Origin: Camelus dromedarius
Taxonomy: Eukaryota
Direction of reading: 5' to 3'
Assembly: GCF_036321535.1 (NCBI RefSeq)
Contig: NC_087436.1
Location: 108,068,001 to 108,132,000, forward strand
Length of the DNA: 64,000 nt
Of this stretch, positions 51,186 through 64,000 are shown piece after piece. The notes under the pieces are model-generated. The model worked only from the letters and a program-made list of their open reading frames with translations, did not search any database and had not been told where the DNA came from. The position numbers and the translations under genes are program-made. The first letter of the stretch is position 1, and every line of letters begins with the position of its first letter.

Positions 51186-51599
51186 GGTGGTTAAAATTTA
51201 AATAAAGGGATCATGATAGACTTCTTGAGAGAATTATGTTAGATCAAAGTCTTGATGCAAGCAAGAGGGTGAGGAAACATATGGGTAAACAAGTTCCAGA
51301 CAGAGAGACCAGCCAGTGCAAAGACACCACCCCGCTCCAGGCAGGCTTGTGTTCAGTGTGTTCAGGGAACAGAAAACAGGTTAGTTAGCTGGAGCAGAGC
51401 AAAACCAAAGGGAGTCATTGGAGTCATGGGAGATAAAGGCAGAGAACAAAAAAGACCAGAATGTATAAGGCTTTATTAGGCCATGGTGAAGGCCTGAACA
51501 TTTGCTCTGAGTGAAACTGAGAGTCGTTGCAAGGGTCTACGCAGGAGTTAAATGCAATCATGCTAATCACTGGCTGCTCTTTTGGGATGTACGGTAGAG

Positions 51600-51913
51600 T
51601 AGGAGTCTGCAAACTATAGCCCATGGACCAAGTCCAGCCCCTTGCCTGTTCTTGTATGGTCCATTAACTAAGAATTGTTTCTACATTGTCAAGTGATTGA
51701 AAAAACATCACAAGAAGAATAGTATTTCATGACCCAGGAAAACTAAATGAAATTCAAATTTAGTGTCCAAAATCTTGCTTATTCATCATGTGACACCTAC
51801 GGCTGTTTTTGCTTTTCAACGGCAGAGCTGAGTAGTTGTCGGGGAAACTTCTAGGCCTGCAAAACCTAAGATGTTTACCATCTGAGCCTTCTGCAATAAG
51901 TCTCTGACCCCTG
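51600..51913. mobile_element. MER58B-like hAT-Charlie MITE
   Basis: gcaaactatagcccatggaccaagtccagcc...aacggcagagctgagtagttg...tgacccctg. Confidence 0.85.
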
Positions 51914-54900
51914 CAAGAGAGGGTCAGAGGCAGAAACAGGAGGGAAGTGGTCAGGGATGGAAACAGGGTGGCGGCTCCACTTAGGATTGTGGCATTGGGG
52001 GCCACAGTGGGAGTTAGACAGCAGTGGAGCAGATTGTATGGGAGAAATGATTGGGAGTGTGGACTGGGGAGAATTTGTAGGGCTGGAGTGCACTGCAGTG
52101 AAACAGGGTATCCTGCAGGCCTCGGAACAGGGATGTGCCACCACTCCAGCAATGTTTTAGGAAGCCTGATTGGCAGGAGATGGTGACAGGGAACTGACTG
52201 CAATGCTAAAGTCAAGAGGGCCTGGTGGGTCTGGAAATGGAGAGACAAGGACAATAAAAAGGTAGATTCAAGTGCACACTGAACACATTGAGCAGCTTTT
52301 CCATTTTCTGTGCCAGAGAGGAACCTTCTGTGATAATATAGCAGTTTTCAAACAACTTTAAAAATATCCTGAAGTGCAAGAATACTAGTATTCTAATTAT
52401 ATGCACTTTGAGTTAAAATAGAGTTCTTCAACGGAATCAGGCCAGATGCCTTTTACAATTTAGGGCTTTGGGTGTGTGATATTGGAAATATGAAGACCAT
52501 CAGTCATCCATGAGTGGCCCGAGGAACTCCCAATCTGGATTTCCAGCTGATTTGATTAGCATTTATTGGTCAAATGCAAAAATCTTTAACTTGGCATTTC
52601 TGTTCTGCTCTGTGAGCTACTTTTATAATCTATATCCTCAGCCTTAGTTTTAAAGTACTTCTATAGATATCCGTTATCTTTGCAAAGATACTTGAGTCAT
52701 GTTTTTTCCAATATGTATTTTGGAAGACTGGTGGATGGAAAAGACATTTAACTCAATTTTATGATTTCCTTAAATCATCTCAATTGTTTACATTCACAGA
52801 GAATTTTGCTTTTTCCTTAAAAAATAACCCTTTATTGTTAAAAAGTGTGATTGCAGTATTAATTACATAATCATAGCTGGAATATTTAAAGAAATACTCA
52901 GTATCTCACATATCAGATCCCAAGTTATACAAGTTTGCTTGGTAACGTGTATTTTCCAACTTTAAAACAGTCCTGTCTTTCCAAATGCAAGTGAACATAA
53001 GTAAGGCTAAAACGCAAAACACTCCAAATATAGGAAGGACAGAGTGGACTAAAATCTTATAAATCTTTAAGAAAGAAAGAGTCACATAGCATAAAATAGA
53101 CCTCAGACTCAGAGATGATTTATTTATGTATGAAGGAGTACAACGCTCCTTGAATGAATATATTTCTGTTGACAGAGTCTTTCAGATATAGCTGTGTTCT
53201 GAATTCGGACCAGTTAAAAGAAGCATGAAATATCTCTGCTGCAATGAGGAGGGGAAAGCAGGATCTCTTGCTTATCTAAAAATAATCATGCTTTACCAAG
53301 AACAGAGAGGAGATTGAGTGTCCTCACTAAGATTTCCAATAGAAAAGTCATTTCTGGACAAGGTTTAAGGATAACTTATGATGTGACTTTGGAAATGCCA
53401 CTCCTACATTTACAGACAGATAATTGAGTTAGGGAGATGATAAAACTCATTTTATATTCTCTGGCTTATCTTTGTTAAAAGGAGGATTCTTACTATGTCT
53501 CAGAAGTTCCCTAACTATGAGAACTAAAAGCTGAAATTGTCACAAACGTTGATAATGAAAAGAGATGGTGAAGACAGTGAGCTCAGAGCCTAGAAATGAG
53601 AGGCAATGCCTTTTCAACCCACTCCTATCATTTTGCAAAGGAACCCAAGTCCTCAGGAGGCCAAGTTCATTGAGTGCCATGATGCTTGGCATGGTCATCT
53701 CAGTATATCTTTGTTCTTGGACTAGATTTACCTGACAATTTGGTGGCCATGCTCAGGCTAGAACCCAGTTCTCAGGCTAATAATGCCTTTCTCCTTCTGT
53801 GGAGTCCAGATTACAAGCCCTCCGGTGTGTGATGCTCACATTGGTAGAGGTAAGCTGACTTTATGTGACGCTCAAACTTGGCATTAAAGAGCAGTTGGAT
53901 CCCATACTGAGGAAGTAGCCCTTTTATGTTTTCTTTTGGCCTTTTGATGGCATCAGTGGACGTCCTTCATTTACTGTAAATATATCTTTATCACCACACA
54001 ATACCCTGTAACTGTCCAGTTTTGACACAAGAGCAAGACAAGAGGATAAATCTAAACTTTGAGAACATACCCTCATTTTGTTTAGAATGTATTTTTATGA
54101 TTTTCTTCCATTTATGGCAAAATAATAAATGTTTATGAGAATCAAATTTGTATTTTAAAATACATTTATTTAACCAAAACTGATTTATTTTTAAAACTTC
54201 AATGCAGAGGCTACACAGATATAATAGAACTTGTGAAGGAGGTGGTAGGTGGGACACAGATGCTGCATAACCCTGAGTGGGGTCCACAGACGACCGAGTT
54301 TCAGAGACATTTCTCTAGACCTGACCAAGGCTATCGTATCTGGAGATGCAAGTGGTACCGTATAGGATGGAAGCCCCTGGAATAAGAGCCAGAAGACATG
54401 TTCTAGTTTTTGATTTATTAGGTGGGGGTACTCAATCCAAGCTTCATTTCTCAAAGGAACGATAAAGAAGATTACATTTGGAAACAGCTAAGTGTACTGC
54501 GGCTCTAGCTCTAAAATAATTTGCAAAAGTGATAATACTGCTGTCTTTAAGATGTAATATTCAAAACAATTAAGGAACATTACCCACTCATCATAACCAT
54601 TAGGGACTAAATTGCCCCAATAATCACAGTGCACTATTACTACTTCAAAGTTGCCTTTACTCAGAAGTATACAGATCAGTTTAACCTTCCAGAAAGCTCA
54701 TTTGAATTAGATACAGAGAAAGCCCACACCCATGACCCTGTAGAAGAGGGAGAGAAGTGCCTGGGTTTGCAAACACAGACCCACGCACACATACACTGGT
54801 TCTTGCCTGCTCCGTGAACTTCCATGTCCGCCAGCGCCACGTTTCTGGTTTTTACTCTAAGAAAAGATTTAACAAAAAGCTGTTAAGCATTACATTAACT

Positions 54901-55899
54901 TTGCTGACAAGTCGTTACTATCCTTCACTCTAAATCTGATTTTTTGGTAGAATTTTTAATGCTAGAGTGTTTAAAAGATTGAGTCTGCAGATAGGACACA
55001 ATTTTATCTTCATTTCTGCTTTCAAACAATCCCTGCAAGACATAAGAATATGCTGGTGTCTTTGAGTCTGAAAATGAGTTGGGATTTTTAAAACCATGTA
55101 TAAAAGCATGTGTACAGTAATTTGTCAGTTAACTTCCATGAAAACTTCAACTAGTTCTTCAGTAACATTGACTACAAGTCAGTCAAGCAGAAATGATGGG
55201 CTAAATAATGATTAGATGGTGTTTAATACTTATGCTGAAATCAGCTGTTTAAAAATAAAACTAAAATTGGCTATTTACTTGGAATAACATAGGGATGTAG
55301 TTCATTACCCATTATCATTAGCTTGTTCAGTATGTACAGTTCATCAGTATTATACTAATTGCTAACTCAAGATTAGAATGATGGTTTTAAAGATAGTAAA
55401 TTGAATAACACTTCTCAAATAGGAAATGTTTACATGTTTTAAAATTTTTTCCCGGATGTATAAGCTAAATTTTTAGAATGTAGAGTTTGGAATAAAGTCC
55501 AATTATATTGTTATATTAAATAGAGAGTTTTCTCTCTCTCTCTTTTTTTTTTTTTTTTTGGATCTTCTGTTTTTAAAAAGATTCTTATTATTACAATCTA
55601 TTTGAATTAACTTTATGTCATTATTAAGCACTGTATTTTATTTATATTTTTGTTATTAAAAATAAATTCTGTAACTATTACAATTTATTCAAGATTAAGC
55701 TAGTTGGTGTCAGAATGGAAGTTGGTGATCTTAATCAACTAAGGGAACCAAGAGGATTAAAGAAAATAAAGTGGAATAACATGCATTTCTGAGTCATATG
55801 AGTATATACTCAGTAATTGTGGCCATAGGCAGGCAGTTTAAACTCTGTTATTTCCTACTTCATAGACTGGTTTTATTTGTGAAAAGCATTTTACCACTT

Positions 55900-56394
55900 G
55901 AGAGGTGCTGTGTAAATGCTACTGGCCTCCAGTGATTCCCCACCTCAAGTCGTCCCCTCCCATCATGTACCAGGGTTGATCTGTGTGACCATTAAAATAC
56001 AGAAGACATGATGGTATGTCACAAGATTAGGTTATAAAAGATACTGTGCCTTTCATTGACATCACTCTCAGGCTCTGTTGGATCACTCCGGGAAGCCAGT
56101 GGCCATGCAATGAGGCCAGTCTGTGGAAAAATACATGCGGTGAGGAGGTGAGGCCTCCTGTCGGTAACCATGTTATTGCACCGTCGTGGAAGCAGGGCCT
56201 TTGGCTTCGTCAGAACTTCAAATGCCTGCAGCCCTATGTCTTGACTGCAACCTTGTGAAAGACCCTAGGCCAGAACCACCCAATGACTCTACTTCCAAAC
56301 TCCTGACCCACTAGAAATTGCGCAATAAATGTTTACTGTTTTAATCCACTAAATTTAAGGGCAGTTCGTCACATAGTGATAGATAGCTGGGACA
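55900..56394 (+). mobile_element. MaLR solo LTR (MLT1F-like)
   Basis: agattaggttataaaagatactg...cttgactgcaaccttgtgaaagaccctaggccagaaccaccca...aataaatgtttactgttttaatccactaaattt. Confidence 0.85.
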
Positions 56395-58524
56395 TTGTTG
56401 TTGTCCCAAAAGTCACCTACCCCTCCCTCTAACCTTTAAAGGATCCTTGCGGTATAAGAACAAGACAGAAATAAATTACAAAACAAATGTACTTACCAAC
56501 AAATATATGCTAGGCACTTAAAAACAAAACATGTATTTAATATACACTGACCTTTTTTTTTCTCCTCAAGTGATAAGTAAAATGTGATCAGAAGCTTACG
56601 GACTTCTGGTTAAAGTCCCCAGCAGTTCTAGGAATGGGTGCTTTCAGTCTTCTTCTCAAGGGAGGAAACCACAATTGGCAGAGGTTAAGGAGGGATCACA
56701 GGGCAGATGTGCTACAGAGAAAGTGTCTTAAATCAGATCTCTCGTATCGTATCCCTGCTTTGCATGCCAAGTAAGTGTCAATCAAGCTCTTAGAGAAAGT
56801 CTGTGAAGTACAGGGCTGTACTGCAGGGTTCTTAGTACATCCAGGAGAATGTATTTTATTTACTTCAAATTCAGAACTGGGCTCCAAGGGAATGTGTTTG
56901 CTTGAAGTCTGATCTTAGTAAGAGGGGCATTACTAGGGCATCATTCAATTTCATAAGTATCTAACTTTTTCCCTGGGAATCATTAGACGTTTAAAATGAA
57001 TGCTTACCCTTGTAAGCTATTTGGGTTTTTTCCTGCCCCTCCCACCCAAAATGTGCGTTGCAGCATAGGTACCAGGCTGGTACTTTGTGTAGAGCTCAAA
57101 GCATGGTAACACCCCTGCTCCTGAGCTATGTTAGCAGAAGGGGATCCATAAATCATATAAATCCATTGATAGCAAGAGAAAAATGATGAAGTATATAGCC
57201 AAGAGGAAAACTAGATTCTGCTGACAGTTGAAATGTGCTGAAGATTCTGTGAAGCTGAGAAAATATAGGAATATAGAAAATAACTCTAAATGAGCCAATG
57301 GTGGGAACTGTCTACAAAGCTACTTGGCCTCCATTGTAATTCTAAAGCAGGCCCAAATCACCTTGTGAAGGGAATTGTATCAGGCACCCATGCGAGAGGA
57401 ACAGTCCTCCAAAAAACAGGCTATAGGTTTCTGAAAAATTGGCCTGGTATCGCTCATGGCAGTTCAGAGTCGGCTAGATTCTCCTCAGACGTGGCTGGCT
57501 GTACTTGAAAAATATTTGCTTGTCTTCACAGCCAGCCATTCTTTTTAGATTTGGGAAATTCAGTAAGCTCTGACTGTTCATATTTCTGTATCTTTGTGAC
57601 ACATTTTGTGGTTTCTAAATTAGTTTTATGAGGCATGTGACAAAAATAAAATCAAAGTCTGTTGAACACTTATGGTGCTCAGTCAACTCTGAATATGACC
57701 TGTAAGAAGCAGAGTAGAAACAAAATGGCACTGAGTAACCCATTTTTATTAAAAGAAAACAAATGATTAAAACAGTGGCAAACGTAACAAGCTACTAAAT
57801 TAAAAAAAAAAAAAAACTTTTCATTCATAAGAATCTGTCTACTTATCATTTGATCAGATGGGGTTGAGGTGCAAAAATTTAAGTTAAGTGTGATTGATTT
57901 TATTCTTCAAGTTTAATGGAAGTTCTATTTCAGCATTAACTAATATATACGATGTGTTACAGTTTCATCATTTCAGATGTATGCCTTGTTCAGCTTGGTT
58001 GCAAATCCTAAGTGAAGATAATTTATTTTACTATCAATGAAAAAAATTGGAGTCTTTATCAGTCATGCATATTTTCTACAGAAAACTAACAAATATTTCA
58101 GCATAGACAGATCCTGTCATGGAAGATTAGAAGACATATTTGAAATAAAAATTATTTAAAGTAAGATTGTCATGAAAAGTTTAGTATCTTCTGAGTTATA
58201 ATAAATTATCCCTAAAAAGAAACCCTGGATTACAGACAACACTGGCAGTGCACGCCCTGGACAAGAACAGGCAGAGGTGACTCTTCTGCTCATAGGTTTT
58301 ACTTTGAAAATCTCCGTCTTTACCCAAATAGATCCTTTTTCCATAGTATAGAACAAAAAAGGGCAAGAGATTGCACCCTGAATGCTTTTCAACTTGGGGT
58401 TCATGTTTATGAAAAGGTCCATATTTAGCAAAAGAATAGTGGTGAGATTAGGGTAATGGAGTGAAAATAAGTCCCATAAAAATGTAACAATGTTAACCTC
58501 TCTTGGACTTGGTTTCTTCCTCAG

Positions 58525-58758
58525 TAAACAGCATAATGGGCAGGAATATGGACCCTGGGCCAGACTGCCTAAATTCAAAATCTGTTTTTGTAACCAGTTA
58601 CAAAATTTAATGTCTCTGTGCCTCAGTTTCTTCATCTGTAAAATGGGAACAGTAATAGCCTTTATCTCATAATGCTATTATGAGAATTAAGTGGCTAATA
58701 ATAGAAAATGCCTTAAACCATGCTTGCTTCATAGTAAGCATTACATGAGTGTTTGTTA
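58525..58758 (+). mobile_element. MIR SINE
   Basis: ccagactgcctaaattcaaaatc...tctctgtgcctcagtttcttcatctgtaaaatggga...catagtaagca. Confidence 0.85.
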
Positions 58759-58882
58759 AGGGATTCATGTGGGATGATGACATAAAAAGAAAAAAAAAAC
58801 TCTTGACATAAAGCAGGTGCTTAAGCAAAATGGGTCTCTCTCTCCTTCCCTCCCCCCACCACTCTTTCCCTCTCTCTATCTC

Positions 58883-58885
<3 letters not shown>

Positions 58886-58930
<45 letters not shown>

Positions 58931-58957
58931 TGTGTGTGGGTGTGTGTGTGTGTTTGT
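58886..58957. repeat. Long imperfect (GT)n microsatellite
   Basis: About 20 perfect units followed by interrupted units. Confidence 0.95.
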
Positions 58958-59384
58958 GGGGGGGGGAGAGAAATATATATGTATGTGTGTGAAAAAAAAA
59001 AAGAGTTTATTAGTCTAGACTTGAAATTAGCTCCCAAATCAAACCAGATTAGCAGACTTTCTAAAGCTCCCCCTCTGCTATCGGCTCACTGTATTGGTCA
59101 GAAACACGTTCTTCTTCGGCTGTCAGAGGTTAGTAGGCCCAGACAGATTCCTCAGAAAAGGGTGTTATTTCAACCATGCTTTTGCTTAATATTTTAGAAC
59201 CAGCACTGCGCACCTTGAAAGGTGATATCTTTAGTTACATTGTCCTTTGATTCATTTTAGGTGTGTTTTGACAAAAATGACCATGTAACCACCTGGCCTT
59301 TCAAAATAGGTTATTTATTATTATATTTTTCCAGGCTCATTCTTCTTTCACCATATGGAAACAGTGGGACGCCCACTGACTCAT

Positions 59385-60515
59385 GTCTGAAGTGGTTCAC
59401 TGTGGTCAACCATAGTGGTACTGTTGATTATCTGCCTTACAAGTTAACAAAAAAAGTGTAGAAATAGATACAAAACATACTCCTGAATTTGTGTGTTTGT
59501 TTATTATACATATAACTAATCTACTAAAACATTGTGTATATTATAAAACATATAAAAATTAAAATGTAAAATATTGAGATGATATTAAATATTTTAATAT
59601 TTTAATTAACAAAACTCAACTTTCTTGCTCTTATTAAAATGTTAGAATAATATGTATATCATTATGGTATTTCTTCAGATATTATAATAGCAGGATATTT
59701 ATAATAACTTTAGTGAGAATAATATAATTATACCTTCTTAATTATTTTTGAAAATCTTGATGTTGTTTTGTTGTTTTTCCTATATTTTAGTTACAAGCTT
59801 AGTTTTAAGTTCACTATATTGTATGCTTGCTTTTAACAATTAAAAAATTTCTCACATCAAAATGAAAGCACATCATAGCTTCCATTTACTGAATCATAAT
59901 ATGTATTTTCCCTTTCCCCCCGCCATCACACAGCAGTTATTCAAAGTCCACATAATGTATTTAAGGTGCAGTTCATTTTTAAGAAACAGAATGTAACTCT
60001 GATATCCACTGCATCTTGACAATTTCACATTACTAGGCACTCATGTCTGATCTGAGTATGTCATCTCCTTGACCTGCTATCTGATTGAAATCGAGGTCTC
60101 GCCAAGGAGCAGAAGAGTCACCTCTGCCATGTTCGTGTCTTGGATGTGCGTTATGAGTATTGTTTGCAACCCAAGCCTTCTTTTTACGAATCATTTATTT
60201 CTGTTATCTCTTTTGTGAGTGGGAATTGGAATGGAGTAACGCCCAGTAGTGTGCTATATAAAGCTACCTAACCAGACATAGACGAACTAGAAGACCTTGC
60301 AGTATGTTGAGTGTGAATTTCTGTGTGATGGTGCCTGACTGCCCATTCTGTGCCACTATCGAATTTTCTCTCCTGTCGGGTACTTCTGCATTTTAGTGAC
60401 ATGCAGTCAATGTGCCCACTAAGAGTTAGTGCAGCTTAATTCTCTCTTAAAAATAAATATAAGCTTTATTGATAATATTTAATAATGTTTTCTTCCCACA
60501 CCCATCGTGGAGACT
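59385..60515 (-). mobile_element. hAT-Charlie-type DNA transposon relic(s) with degenerate transposase 5' region
   Basis: Ends resemble recalled non-autonomous Charlie elements (tattataaaacata...; aatgttttcttcccacaccc...ggagac). The reverse complement of ~59930-60200 resembles a recalled Charlie transposase N-terminal region. Subfamily uncertain. Confidence 0.5.
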
Positions 60516-60922
60516 ATCAATTTATGGAATAAGGAAGCAGTAATTGTCATCTCATCTTTTGGTGGAATAGCACTTACCTGTGCTGTGCACATAGGCAATC
60601 ATCATGGATTTGAAATTTTAGTACAGAAACATAAAATCTACTCTTTTCATAGTGCTGTTGTGGTATTCTAGCTTGGCTCTTTCTCCAGGGTCCTCCCTCA
60701 TGCACCTCAGCCCCAAGACCAGGACCAGAAGCCCAGCAAGGCTAGTGATTACAAACTATGTCTTTAGTCCTAGCAGAGCATACAGGAGATTTCCAATAGG
60801 TGGTTTCTGAGTTATGGAATATGTGCAATCAAGAGTAGAGATGGTTAAGGCTGCAGAGAAATGCGTAGTGTCCCCACGGACAAGTGTGAAAAGTGAGATG
60901 AGCAAGAATTTCATGAAGGGCT

Positions 60923-61257
60923 TGCTAAGGTCTGAATGTTTGTGTCTCTGCCTAATTTATGTTCAAACCCTAATGACCAATGTGATGGCATTAAGAGGTG
61001 GAGCCTTGGAAGATGTCTAGATCTTGAGGGTGTGAAATTAACACCCTCATAAAGGAGACCATGCAGAGCTCCTAACCCTTTCCATGTGAAGCACTGTCTG
61101 TGAACCAGGAAGTGAGCCCTTGCTGGTCGCCACACCGAATCTGCCAACACCAAATCTCGGATTTCCCAGCCTCCAGAACTGAGAAATAAAATGTTTATGG
61201 TTTATCAGCCACCCATTCTGTGGTATTTTGTTGTAGCATCTCAGATTGGCTAAGACA
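60923..61257 (+). mobile_element. MaLR solo LTR (MLT1A-like)
   Basis: tgctaaggtctgaatgtttgtgtc...cccagcctccagaactgagaaataaa...tggtattttgttgtagca...ctaagaca. Confidence 0.9.
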
Positions 61258-62995
61258 GGTCCATGAAACCATGCAAACTTTCTGCAGCTTTTCCTTTTCA
61301 TGTCCTACCATCTCTTCATTCCATGGGACATTGGAAGGAAGGTCTCATTATTGTTTTTTTTATATAAAAGACAGCTTCAGCATTTTCAAGTAATGTCTGT
61401 AAAACTGCTCTGAGGAAGTGCCATGTGAAACACAGAGATTAGTATGGTTAATTTAATGCAGTAAGCTTAGAGTCTTTATAAGATACCATCTCCTTTTGAA
61501 CTTTATGTTCAAATCAGTAGAGACCAGAGCAGTTTTTCTGAAGAATATTAACTTTGCTACTTCATATGTTAAGCAAATAGAAAAGCCAGAGAAAATACAA
61601 ATACTTAGGCTCTAACATTGGCATAAATTACACTGATATATGGGAAAGTAGGCCTTCTTTTATTTGTTTTTCTCATAAACTGCTGGGGAAATTGGATGAA
61701 CCTGCTCTACAGATAATGGATAGAATAATGTGGAGAGATGATCCGTTGCAGTGATGCATTTGCAAATGTTCTAATGAGGTAAAGATCCAGCTCAATTGAT
61801 GACACAGAGAAGACAAAAGTTATCATGGACAAAGTACCATCTATCTCGTCATCAAGCTGTTCCTCTGAATCAGAGAAAGGCAGTGTTACCTCAGCACATT
61901 ATGCTCTCATCTTAAAAAAAGTAACAAAGCTGAGACATTCCAATTTTATTTTTATGCATTCCCTTTGAAAAGTAATCTCTTATTTTGGCTCCAATAGAAT
62001 ATTTGAGAAGACTGTAGTATTCTTCTATTGACAGGAACAAAAGCAGCGCAGTTAGAGAAATGCTTGGAGCAAAATGGCGGTCAGAGAAAATAAAGAGGTT
62101 TTTGTCAATGATTTTTTTTGATAGTATTTAAGTCTTTTACTATGTAAATTTTAATAAACTTATCTTTTATCTGTGTTTTACTACAGCTAATATTAAAATT
62201 GGTTTTTACCCTCCTCGATCTACAACAATTGAAAATGACAAAAGACCAAAAGGAACTCCATGTATGGTCCAGGGATGGATGAGGACCTCGAGGGATATAT
62301 ATAGTTTGCTGCAGCTGAGCCTGCAAGCGGGAAATAAAGACCTGGGTAACTGAGGGTCTTCTGCATCCGTCATAGTTTGGCATCCTTGCACAGGTTTTGC
62401 TAAATGGCTGATATGCCTTTATGAGTTACCTCCTTGCCCACTGCAAACAACACCTCATATTGCTCTTAAAAGAATTTCCATTGTATGAAGGGCCATCTGG
62501 CCATGTGCCTGTTTTCCTAGTGGATGCTCCCTTTTAAATTTCCATATCTGCAATTCTTCTTTGAGCCACGACATGTTTTTGGCTTTCATGTCAATAAGCT
62601 TCTACAAAAAATGCATGTATGTTTGTTTAAAACATGGGGAGCAGGGGGTTGATGGAAAAAGGAGTAGTGACCATTCCTCAGCTTTTCCTTACTTCTTTCC
62701 AAGTTTGTAGTTTTATTTGAGAGTTAGGTTCATAACTACGTACCACTTACTACAATATTTTCACCTACACATTTGTCTTCTATGAATTCTCTGCCCACTA
62801 TCCCTGACTTTTGAGTGAAAAGGAGGGTTAACGAGAGCAAATCTTCTATCTTACCCAGAGAGGTTCTGGACATGAGAGAGTACTACAGAAGTTCATAAAA
62901 ATTTCACTTAAGATCTCTTACCTGAATTTTGACAGTACACTGGCTAATCAGAGAACCAGTAGTAAGTTTTTCAGAATGATTTTCCCTTTCTGAAA

Positions 62996-63180
62996 AATAA
63001 CAATAATGGTAATTGACTGAGGGCTCACTGTGTGCCAGTCACTGTGCTGGTCCTTTATATATACTATTTTATTTCATCTTCACCAAAAATTACTATATGG
63101 GAGCCATTAATAGCCAGCTATAGAAGAAGGAATTTAGCATCAGTGTGTTTAAGTCAGGACCTTCCAAAGTCTGGAAGGCT
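62996..63180 (-). mobile_element. MIR SINE
   Basis: aataacaataatggtaattgactgagggctcactgtgtgccagtcactgtgct...atttcatcttcac. Confidence 0.75.
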
Positions 63181-63464
63181 AAGTCATGTTTACTTTTTTT
63201 TGGACTCTTGGAATATTAAAAATTAAAGTACCAAATAAGGTCACAAAAATTATTGTGATAATTTTGAAACCACATATGGAACGAAATAAAATTTTTAACA
63301 CAAAAACGATGCAATAAAGTTGGTCTAATGCACAAAATCTTCACAGCCTGTATATTTTAAAAATTAATCCACAGTGTGTTATAGACGGCATAGCTAGATG
63401 AAGGAACACGACTTACATTTATGGTATGAATGCCATTCTTTAGTCTCTTGCGTGTATCTCTGGG

Positions 63465-63572
63465 AAGCAGCGGAGACACAGGGGATTACGCAACCTGCCC
63501 ATCACCACACAGCTAGGAGATAACAAGGCCAAGAGATGAACTTAGGTGTCTGACCCCAGCATCTATGCTTTA
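63465..63572 (-). mobile_element. MIR fragment
   Basis: gagacacaggggattacgcaacctgcccatcaccacacagctag...gaacttaggtgtctgacc. Confidence 0.65.
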
Positions 63573-64000
63573 AAAGGGCTATTTCCCTAGGTAAGCCTAC
63601 ACTTGAACTTTTTTACTCACCATAAGCCACTTCTAGCTTTGAAATAGCGGGAAGATGAGAAGAAATATTTATTTGGCTGAAATATATTATGAGAGCAAGT
63701 ACATTCTCAGGTTCCTACTGTCCTCGTCCCTGTTTGAATGGTACCAGGTCACAGGGTGTGTTCCTTTTGGCGGGCTCTGCTTTCATGCACAGGTGCGCCT
63801 CCTGAGGGTGACCGGCGCACATAGTGGCAGTGGGGGCTAGGAGAACCAACAGTGGGCTTGGGTTCCAATCTCAGCACTGATGTTTTTACCTACAAAATAG
63901 TGGTGTTGTGGGAAGGACATTTCAGAAGCCGTATAAATGTTTCTAACACGGGGACTTCTGTGTATTAGACGTCAGACTTTTCTGGAATGGATTCAGTCCG

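Larger units (their letters stand above)
50535..52245 (-). mobile_element. L2 (L2a-like) split by MLT1 and MER58 insertions
   Basis: gtatttgtggagtacctac...aggcactgttctggagac; gttccagacagagagaccagccagtgcaaagac; aatcactggctgctct. Confidence 0.8.
39539..64000 (+). other. KCNIP4: 5' part of a very large KCNIP4 intron (continues beyond the window)
   Basis: Starts at the GT donor. No KChIP core exon is seen downstream. KCNIP4 is known to have very long introns between its alternative first exons and the core exons. Confidence 0.75.

Noticed and set aside
51760..52254. 164-aa minus-strand ORF and overlapping ORFs
   Set aside because: They lie across L2 and MER58 relics and are chance open frames.
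58156..58635. 159-aa minus-strand ORF (longest class in the track)
   Set aside because: It begins in an antisense MIR (MKKLRHR is the typical MIR translation) and has no recognisable domain.
58817..59197. 126-aa ORF with VCVCVC run
   Set aside because: It is a translation of the (GT)n microsatellite.
1..64000. A novel multi-gene, CRISPR-like or prokaryote-type system
   Set aside because: The window is mammalian intronic DNA with no long ORFs, operon structure or regularly spaced repeat-spacer array.

Overview
AT-rich, CpG-poor mammalian genomic DNA, most likely from a camelid. The evidence is three short tRNA-derived vic-1-type SINEs, cetartiodactyl-type L1 3' ends, and no recognisable Alu, B1, Bov-A or PRE-1. 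The only credible coding sequence is an 88-nt alternative first exon on the + strand (39451-39538) encoding MSGCRKRCKREILKFAQYLLRLLTGSLHT followed by a phase-1 CAG|GTAATG donor. I recognise this from memory as an N-terminal variant of KCNIP4 (KChIP4, Kv4 channel-interacting protein 4). The rest of the window is most likely KCNIP4 intron, filled with ancient repeats (MIR, L2, L3, L1M, MaLR/ERVL LTRs, hAT and Tigger relics), younger L1 and SINE insertions, and microsatellites. The other ORFs in the track are chance or repeat-derived. I find no evidence of a novel multi-gene system. The best leads are a possible 35-nt micro-exon with RBFOX motifs just downstream of the first exon, a ~90-bp inverted repeat with a 22-bp perfect core (58201-58291 / 60107-60198), a probable L1 3' transduction, and two L1 inversions with twin-priming geometry. 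Repeat subfamily names come from recalled consensus sequences and boundaries are approximate; no database search was run.
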